NCBI RefSeq assembly: GCF_009834535.1
Contig: NC_045696.1
Span: 62,126,001 to 62,190,000, forward strand
DNA from: Camelus ferus
Taxonomy: Eukaryota
Length of the DNA: 64,000 nt
Direction: 5' to 3'
This document shows positions 54,668-64,000 of this stretch, piece by piece. Numbering within the stretch: position 1 is the stretch's first letter; each line of letters opens with the position of its first letter. Position numbers and translations under genes: made by a program. The notes beneath the pieces were generated by a model. That model was not told the DNA's origin. It saw only the letters and a program-made list of their open reading frames with translations, and did no database searches.

Positions 54668-55480
54668 CAAGGAATGTAAATCAAAACCACAATGAGATAC
54701 AACTTCACACCCACTGGATGATTATAATCAAAAAGACACATCTGTTAAGACATAGCTATTATTACAACAAATGCTACTTAGGATGTAGAGTGATCAGAAC
54801 CCACATACATTACTGGTGGGAATGTAAAATGGTGCAGCCACTTTGGAAAACAGTCTGGAAGTTTCTCAAATGGGTAAATACACAGTTACTATATGATACA
54901 ACAACTTCACACTTGAGTATACACCAAAGAGAATTGAAAACATATGTCCACACAAAAATTGTACACAAATATTCATAGCAGCAGTATCCATAATAGCCAA
55001 AAAGTGGAAACAAAATGAAAGTCCATGAACTGATGAATGGATTAATAAAGTGTGATGCATCCATATAATGAATTATTATTCAGCAATAAAAATAAATTGT
55101 AATAAAAAGTATTGATATATATTCTATGATGTATGTATGGTCTTTGAAAATATTATATTAAGTGAAAGAAGGCAGTTACAAAGGACCACATATTGTGTGT
55201 TTCCATTTACATGAAGTATCCAGAATAGGCAAATCCATAGACACAGAAACTAGATTAATGGTTGCCTGGGGCTGAGGGGCATGGTTGGTGGTAGATGGCT
55301 AGGGGGTAAGGAGTTTTTGTTTTTGTTTTTATTTTTTTGAGGTTAGTGAAAATGTTCTAAGACTGGTTGTGGTGCTGGATGTGCAACTCTGTGAATATAC
55401 TAAAAGCCATTGAATTGTACACTTTAAATGGGTGAATTGTATGGTATGTGAATTGTATCTCAATAGAGCTGTTTCTTAAA
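54668..55480 (+). mobile_element. L1MB-like 3' fragment, followed by old L1 ORF1-like debris to ~57200
   Basis: [15 protein letters not shown] peptide; 3' end gaattgtacactttaaatgggtgaattgtatgg; degenerate TSD cagaattgcc/cagattggcc. Confidence 0.88.
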
Positions 55481-57221
55481 AAGTCAGATTGGCCACTTTA
55501 CTGCCTTTTAAGAATGCTAATCAGTGAAAAATCCCCTCCCATGTATACAGAACTTCTAATTAGTTCAGTTTTCACCAGGAAAAGAGAACCGAGGATCACC
55601 AGACATTTAGGTAAATGCCTCCATTATAAAGGATAGAGACCAAAAATAAATAAACTAGGGGAAAAAACTGAAAGAAAATAAGAGTCAATGCAAGGAATAT
55701 AGGGAAAATCAAGAAGTTATAATTAATATCCTCAGAGAAGATAATTGAATTCATGAAATAGACACTATAAACAAAAAGGAAGAAAAGAGTTCTTTAGAAC
55801 TAAAAATTTGAAAACAAAACATAAAATTCAGTAAAATTTGGAAGATAAAGTCAAGGAAATTTTCAGAAAGAAAGATAGAAGAAAGAAAGACAATGATAAA
55901 GAAAATATAGGAAAATGAGAGATTTGGTAAATAAGGAACATGAACTAAAAATATTCTGGAAGAGCAATCAAGTGAGAAAATTAAGTAAATAATGCAAGAA
56001 ATTAACAAAATAAAGGGAGGAAGTTAATAAGTAGACAGTGCAAGAAATATATCAGAACTCAAAGAGTCTACAAATCAAAAAAGGTCCACTGACCCATGAG
56101 TTTAATGAGTGTAAAGAGACCCACACCAAAATACATCACCGTGATATTTTAGAACACTAAAACTGCAATGTAGATCCCAAATGCTTCCAGAGAGAAAAAA
56201 CAGTTCACACACAAAGAACTGGAAATCCTAATGGCATCAGAATTCTCAGTAGCTTTAGAAGTTAGAAGATAGTTAAACAATGCATTTAAAATGCTAAGGA
56301 AAAATTAATTTTCCTCAGGATTATATGTCTAACCAGGTTACTAATTTGGGTAAAATTAAAAAAAAATTTTTTTCCAGTTTCTCAAAAAGTTAATCTCCCC
56401 TAAATGCTTTTCTCTAGGTGGATGTACTTCAGCAAAACAAGGGCATAAACCAAAATAGGAAATGTGGGATCCAAGAAACAGGATCCAACATGGAACAGGT
56501 GAAGGAAATTCCCAGGAAGCTCATTTAAGGCAGTTTAGTATTACAACTGTGGAGTACGGCTTTGAGAGGAACCAGAACAGATTGGAAGGTTGGAGGCCTT
56601 CAGGATAAGCGTATCCAAGACAGATATGAAATCAGTAAGTTAATTGATAGTTTTGATTACATAGAAAATTTTATCAAGGAAAGGTTTTCAGAGCTACTGA
56701 AGGGGGTGAGAAAACTTAAGGTGTTGAAAGAAAACTAAACAAATGAAAAACATCTATTAACTCCAGGAAAATAAATTGTATAAGAAAGAAAATACCACTA
56801 CATACTATTTGGCTCAAGAGTACAATATTTTTGTAGTCCTAGTAATGAAAACATAATATAGTAATGAAAACTAATTTAACAACAATAAAAAAGAGAGATA
56901 CAATTGTAAAGGGGGGATGAGAATTAGTAAATTAATAGTTTCAGATAGATCATACATAGACAATAGAAAGTCAACTGATGCTTTCAACTGCTTAACAAAA
57001 GTATTAATCTTCTACTATATTATTTAGTAATATAGAAGTAAGTTTCAGAAGAAACAGCTAAAAGAATTGAAGATTTTTCTCTAGAGTGGGGTAGGAGCAG
57101 TGGAGAGGTAGGGAGAGGGCAAGGAACTAGTATTTTTAAATTATTACTGTAAGACTTATAGTACTCTTTGACCCTTAAAAGCTATTTGCATGAAATAATT
57201 TGGTTAAAAATAAAGATTATC

Positions 57222-57648
57222 TTTGGATGGACCTAGAGATTATCATATTAAGTGAACTAAATCAGACAGAGAAAGACAAATATCACATGACATCACTTAT
57301 TTGTGGAATCTAAAAGAAAATAATACAAATGGATTTATTTATAAAACAGAAACAGATTCACATAGAAAACAATCTTATGGTTACCAAAGGGGAAGGTGTG
57401 GAGAGGGAAAAATTAGGAGTTTGGGATTAACAGATACTCACTACTATCTATAAAATAGATAAACAACAAGGACCTACTGTATAACATAGGGAACTGTATT
57501 CAACAACTTGTAATAACCTGTAATGGAGAAGACTCTGAAAAAGAACATATATATATGTATAACTGAATCACTTTGCTGTCCACCTGAAACTAACACAGCA
57601 TTGTAAATCAACTATATTTCAACTGTTAAAAACATTCTTAAAAATTTT
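57222..57648 (+). mobile_element. L1 3' fragment (artiodactyl-type) with perfect TSD
   Basis: 13-bp TSD aaataaagattat at 57208-57220 and 57649-57661. Confidence 0.9.
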
Positions 57649-58397
57649 AAATAAAGATTATTTTAAAATTTATATGAAGAGAAGTTAGGTGATTCACAGT
57701 GACTTCCATGCCACATTGAATCCTTAAGCGGAATTCCATTTCTAAATGTAAGTGTAAAGAATATGATAACTCCACTGCTGCTGCCACAGCCATCCCTCCT
57801 GAAGACTGAGGCAGCTGGAGGAATGGGCATAACAGGGCCAGAATGACAAGAGTACACAATCTCCTTTTCTGGAGGATCTGTGATATTTCCTCCAGGGAGG
57901 TTTAAATATGGTTCTGCTTGTAGACAAGTTTAGAATTACTTCTCAGAACCTTTCCAACTTAATGTGTGCCCGAGTCTCTAAGATTTCTAGGACCAAACAG
58001 AACACCCTTTGAGAGTGAAATGTCATTTTCTCCCTCACCTAAATCATAAGAGCCCCAAGTAAGATCACTCTTTATTAGCATCCAATATTAAAATATTTTT
58101 ATACCTTAGATTATATTCTGACGCTTTCTTTAATGGTATATTTTGAACCAAATATACCATTTTAAATTGTGTAACTAGTATTGTTTATGGTTAAAAAATA
58201 AAACTCTGAAAAGTAGAAGCATGTATACTTAAAAGTAAAATTCATCCTCCATTCCCATCTTTGGCCCCCTGCTCTGACGCTCTCCTTAAGAGTGGATTTT
58301 AATAGCCTGGTAAATCACATTATAGGCCACCACAATTTGATTTTTCAAAGGCAATGAAGGTGAGAAAGCAATTCAAGAAACTGACTCCTGTATATGA

Positions 58398-58849
58398 TGA
58401 GAGACTGACATATACACAGATGTTGGCTAGACTATATATGACAATAGATCTCTGATCCACAGCCTCTGTAGCAGCCAACCCAGGGGGCCAACCACAACCT
58501 CTGCAGCAATTGGCCCAGAAAGATCTGCCAGCTTCCTAGGTTTTGCCCTTGCTTCTAACTCAGGACTAACCAGAGAAAACCAAATATGCTCCCCAAATCA
58601 ATCAAGTAAAATGTCCTGCTGGTTATCCCACCTCCAGCTTTCCTGTGTCAACAACCTCCAATCAGAGTTTACCCAATGCGTTTTCTTTTTCTTTCTTTCT
58701 TTTTTTTTTTAAACTGTAAAGCTTTCTCAATCTTCTGACTGCCTTTGAGCCTCTGCCAAACACAAGAGATGGTAGCAGATTCTGAGCGATAGCAAGCTCT
58801 GAATAAATAGCCACTGTTCTCAGTCAGGTGGTCATCACTTATTTCCACA
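58398..58849 (+). mobile_element. ERV1-class solo LTR (subfamily not identified)
   Basis: TG...CA termini, 4-bp TSD ATGA on both sides, CCAAT motif, AATAAA ~45 nt from the end. Confidence 0.75.
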
Positions 58850-61800
58850 ATGACAAGAAAACGTTCCTACAAGGAGCAAAAATGATATCCGAATAACTGT
58901 TTAGTCTACTACTTCAATAAAAGCTTCATTTATGAGGTTCAGCTAATATGTGTTATGCTAGTATGAGCCAGCCACTAAAATAAATTGTATTTCTCTAGGG
59001 CAGACTTGTTTAAAAAGGAAACTACCTAGCTGAAGCCTTGGGAGTTGGAAAGTTGAATCTGAGTCACTATTTATGGTCAGTCACAGGCAAACTATTTATT
59101 TCAAAATTCTTAAAGTTCCTTGGTTAAACATGAATGAAGAGAAGGACTCTTCAATTAACATAATAGCATAAAAAGAACTACTACTAATAATGTTTTTTCA
59201 TGCTAATTGTATTTTAAAAAGATCTCTTAGTACCCCTGAAGGTTTGTAATACTATTGTTAGTCATTTTTTTAAATTATATAAATAATTACTTGTCTAAGG
59301 ATGATTGCTCCTCTCTTTCTCTCAATTATGTTCTATTTACCAAACCAGACCACAAAGTTTTTCATTACTAAAGTTGGCAAACAGAGCATCTGAAAACATT
59401 TTGCTCCAGGGAATGATATTCTGGTAAGTCTTACTGAAGATGTCATTTTCATTAGCACTGCTAATGAACTATGCTTATTCCTTTGGGAATCCATGCTTTA
59501 TTAAAAGAATTAAAATTTGAAAAATCACCAAAAGAATTACACTCATTCATTTTGAATATGACTATGGTATTTGCAATAGAAAAACTAGAGAGTATTCCTT
59601 AACATTGTGGTGGCTTTTAAATACTGCATAATTCTGGGTATTGCCACCAGGAAAACATTGCACCATTGCTCATTAGAAGGATATTGTCATTATAATAACT
59701 TTACTCTGAGGCATAAACTAGTTAAATGAAGCACCAGAAAAAGAAGGCAAAGTTTGGTGAATCACTCTTGTTCTATAGTTTGGTGGCTCTACATTGAGCC
59801 AGAAAGAAATGCAGCAAGTGGCTAATTTGAAGCATTTTCCAAGGAAACACTACAAGAGTATACAATTCTTATAATTGGTCTCTAGGCTTCGTTATTTCTG
59901 TTTATGAAGCTATTTCTTCACATGTATCTTTGCAAGTTAATTGTGAACAAATCAGGAAGGAATAAACACTCAAATAATACAGCATTTAGGAAGCTCTCTT
60001 GGGATCAGTGCTTTTGATTCCCTTCTTTGCATTGTGTCCTTATACTGCAAACTTGGCTGTTCTGGTCCAAAGTGCCAGGAAGTTCAGATCAGGTTAAGTT
60101 CCAACTCAATCCAGGCTGACTCTGAGGTCAGCCTATTGGCATTTCCCTTTTCAGGCTGGTATCACTTGAGGAACCCAGGTTATTGGTGGCCAGTAGAGCT
60201 ATTCTCCAAAGCTGAACCAGTTGGCTAGTCAGCAAAACTGAACTGTGTTGGATCTGGGCTCTGAGCACAGAATCTCATTGAATGCCTTTTAAATTTGGTC
60301 ATGGAGAGGAGACAGTGCAGGAGTGAACAAGGGCAACTCCTCTTGAAAGAAAACTCTTATCCCAGAATCCTCCATACTCACGGAGGAAATTGCTTTAAAA
60401 TTCATGGCTATAGTCTTCCTAAATATCAAAGACAGGTTTCTGAAGAAGTGATGAGGTCAGGGGTTTTATTATAGGATAACAGAGACCTTAGCCAGTCCAG
60501 AGCTAGTGCTGGCAGCTGGAGAACTGCATTAGTCTTTCTGCACATCCTGTCCAGAGGGCCTGGTACAGGATGCTCTTGGGGATGTTGCCAGTGGATAGTG
60601 CCTTTGGTGGCTCTAGAAGGAGGCTGGGTCCCTCGAGATCCTAGAAGTTGGTCAATGCATCAAATTCTGTTGTTAATAAAAAGGTTGCTCACCTTCAAGT
60701 AGGAAATGTGAAAGTATTAGCAATAAGAATGTCTTAATTCTTCAAAAGGTGATTCCAGTTCAAGCAATATTTAATAGCACCTATAGATTCCAGGCCCTGT
60801 GACTATACAGATGAAAATGACCAAGTTCTTACCCTCAAGGAATTTTGGTTAATCGAAGGAAGTCAATATAGATAACTGAAGTATAATGTGATATGTGATA
60901 AGAAAGCAAACCCTGGGCTGAGCCCTGAAGGATAAATTAGCTGAAGGTAAAAAGGTGGAACTAATTTCCAGGCTGAAAAGAGGAGGATGAAAGGCAGCAA
61001 AGAAGCCTGGGAAATTCAGAGGCAATTGTGAGGTGCAGTGAGGGTCCTTCCTATTATTACAGATTGAGGATTCTAGACTCCTCTGTTTTCTGAGAAGAGG
61101 AGCCTGAGTCTGTCCAGGTACATGTGATACCATGATGACCTTCACAGTCAGAAGCCATATCCAGGACTTACTGAAGTTGCTGCTGAAGTGGGTACTACGT
61201 CCTCCTGCACAGAAGACTAGGATTTAGCCTTCACCCTTCCCTCGTCCCGCCTTTCCGCCCCAATGAGCTTCTCACATCTTCTGACATTCCTTTGTCAATC
61301 TTATATCCCTCCTTTTTCTTTGCTTTCCCCTTGAGTTTCTTGAAAAAAATGCCTCAGTTGGTAAGGCAGAGAATTGTGAGCTGAATTCAGGTCTCTATCA
61401 TGGCCCCACTGGTGAGATACCTTGGAGTTCCCAGCATCCTTTGCTCCCAGGATGCTTAAGTGCCCTGCTATCAGGCTATTTGGGAAGTGATCTCATCAAG
61501 CCTGTGTCTTTTAGAAAGATAGCCTAATTAAATAGGAGACTGAAAGGAATAGAAGGCACAGGGAGGGTGGGAGTGAGGGAAAGAAGCGGGGCACTGAGGG
61601 CTGGGATCTTCCTAGGTTAGCAGCTGCTTTCTCACATTCCTGACTCCTTCTGTAGACCCAAGCTGACCTGCAGGGGAATTATTAGCTCCTGACTCAGAAG
61701 AACAGATTGACATAGTTACCAAAGTATTCTTGAAAAATTTACCATCTAATAGAGTGAACCCTAGAATTACTTTTTCTTCGTTAACATTGTCTTCTAGTTT

Positions 61801-62469
61801 ATGTGCTCACTAAGAAACATTAGAAAACAGAAAAGCACCAGGAAAATGACAAAAAGTAACCAAAATTGCATACCCCAAAGATAACTACTAACATTTGTTG
61901 TAGATATTTCCAGTATTTTCCATGCATATATATTTTTCTCACAAAAATAGTATCCTACGTGTTATTTTGTAGCCTCTTTTTTAAGAGGGAATTTACATTT
62001 ATTTTTCAAATTCAAAAAGGCTTAATGATTTTCCTTCAAAGGGGAGTAATCCTTGGAAAGTGTGTGGTGCAATTCAGTTAATGGGTTAAACATTAGACAT
62101 TTCAGTATTAGCTTTTCATAAAGATGTTTACCCATTTAAGATGGTCATTAAATATACATCATACGTCTACACAAACATACATCTTCTAACAGGGGTATCA
62201 GGAGATCTGAGTGATACTATCAATATTCTGCCCTCGACTCAATAAGCAATCTTAAGCAAATCAACTCACTGTTGCTTTTCTAGATAAAATCCAAATTCTT
62301 AAACATGGTCTATGAGGTCCTGCATTGTCTGGTCCATCCAGCTATATAGAATCACATGCAGTTCCCAGAATGTACCATGCCCTCCCATGCTTGTATTTTT
62401 TGTTTTGTTTTGTTGTGGTTCTTTTGCCTGAAACACTTCTTTCCATATGCCTCGTTAACTCCTCCTTGC

Positions 62470-63030
62470 CATTTAAAATACACATAACATAAAAACGATC
62501 ATTTTAACCACTTTAAAGTGTACAGTTCAGTAGTGTTAAGTACATTTGCATCACTGTTCAACCAAATTCCAGAATTCTTTTCATCTTGCAAAACAGAAAC
62601 TCTCTACCAATTGAACAACTCTCCCTTCCCTCCTCTCCCCAGCCCCTGGCAACCATCATGCTACTTTCTGGCTCTATGAATCTGACTACCCTCGGTACCT
62701 CTTGTAAGTTGAATCATACAGCATTTGTCTTTTTGTGACTGGCTTATTTCATTTAGCATAATGTTCTCAGGCTCACTCATATTATAGCATGTGTCAAGAT
62801 TGCCTTCCTTTTTAAGGCTGCATAATATTTCATTGTATGTCTACACCACATTTTATTTATCTGTTCATCTGCCAATGGACATGTGGGTGGCTTCCACTTT
62901 TTTGGCTGTTGTTAACAATGCTGCTATGAACATGGGTGTACAAATGGCTCTTTAGTATTCTACTTTCAATTTGGGGGGCTATACATCCCAATGTCAAATT
63001 GCTGGATTATATGGTAATTCTATTTTTATA
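62470..63030 (-). mobile_element. L1MB-like 3' end
   Basis: tttaaagtgtacagttcagtagtgttaagtacatt..., ctggcaaccatcat.ctactttctg. Confidence 0.88.
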
Positions 63031-64000
63031 GCCTCCTTTATAAACCTTGCTTTTTTATACTTCTTTTCCCCATATTAATAATAAGCCACTGTTTTACAGA
63101 GTGGCTTTTATTATCCAGAGGATTTTTTTCATTTGACTTGCTTATTTAATTGGTTGCTTCCAATTCTCCATTAGTAATAACAATGATAGATGGGTCAGTA
63201 TTCATTCATACGGTGAATTCTTAGAAGTGTAACAACTAGGTTAGGGGAGTATACACTTTAAGGTTTTGATGCATAGGGTTAACAGCACATGCACAAACTT
63301 CTAGAGGCTTTTTTAATGTCTTATCAGCCTCTGTTGCCAGCCCTGTGCCAGCAGGGCAAGGGCCAGCAGCTTGAGGATCTCATGGCATGTTTAAACTTTA
63401 CCCCTAAGGAAAATAATCTTTATATCAAAATTGTTATTCAGAAGTGAAAGGTGTTGTGTAAGTCATCAGTCACAAGAAACAAGATGAATGATCAGATCTT
63501 GCTGCTTAAATTTTCAATTTATATAAGTGATATCAATTCCACTTTAGAATGGTACTCCTAAATAAACATAAGTCCCTTCAAGTTTGTATATGTTACTTTT
63601 CAGTTTACAAACCACTTCCAGTTACATTCCTCAAAATTATTCATTACTTTCCCTGGTTTACACATGAAGAAATTGAGGCCCAAAGAAGTGACTTGCCTGA
63701 GGTCACAGAGCTGATAACCAGTTTCTTCTGGTTCCAAGTTCATTACTTTTCAAATTACAGATGATTCATTTACCAGTCCTTGAGAGCTAATCACAATGAG
63801 TAAGCATAGTACAGGCTTTTCTAAGACTGTCCTTTTTTTCAAGCTGAAAAGAGGTGGTAATGGTTCGGGGAAAGCATCTGAAAGCTGTGATTTAATAAGG
63901 AGCCATTTTGTGGCTGATTCATAGTATGGAAATACAAATAGCATTTCTTCGTTCCCCTAGAATTGTGCGACATGCTGGTACAGTGTGGTGTCAAGCATGG

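Noticed and set aside
54469..54978. 169-aa ORF
   Set aside because: A chance fusion of a (CAA)n microsatellite and an L1 ORF2 tail.
59400..59430. Plus-strand micro-exon-like ccag|GGAATGATATTCTG|gtaagt (also an acceptor-like site at ~63960)
   Set aside because: Isolated splice-like motifs with no linked exons or recognisable peptide; not supportable without RNA data.

Overview
Mammalian genomic DNA, very likely camelid (alpaca/llama/camel), judged from five tRNA-derived vic-1-like SINEs. The window covers the 5' end of DLG1 (SAP97) on the minus strand. This comprises a CpG-island promoter (~47.1-48.4 kb), a non-coding exon 1, and three coding exons encoding the N-terminal L27 region of the beta isoform (MPVRKQ...SPSVE, 106 aa). 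About 35 kb of the large following intron is also present. Inside that intron, too short for the ORF track, is the alternative alpha-isoform start exon encoding the palmitoylation motif MDCLCIVTTK. Both the alpha and beta leaders contain small upstream ORFs positioned exactly on a start codon or splice site, and these are the most interesting signals. The rest is mostly L1/L2/MIR/LTR/DNA-transposon relics, including a twin-primed inverted L1, a perfect triple 43-bp repeat and a possible retrocopy tail. Nearly all ORFs in the supplied track are L1 debris or chance ORFs. I found no evidence for a novel multi-gene system. Repeat subfamily names and comparisons with human are from memory and need database confirmation.
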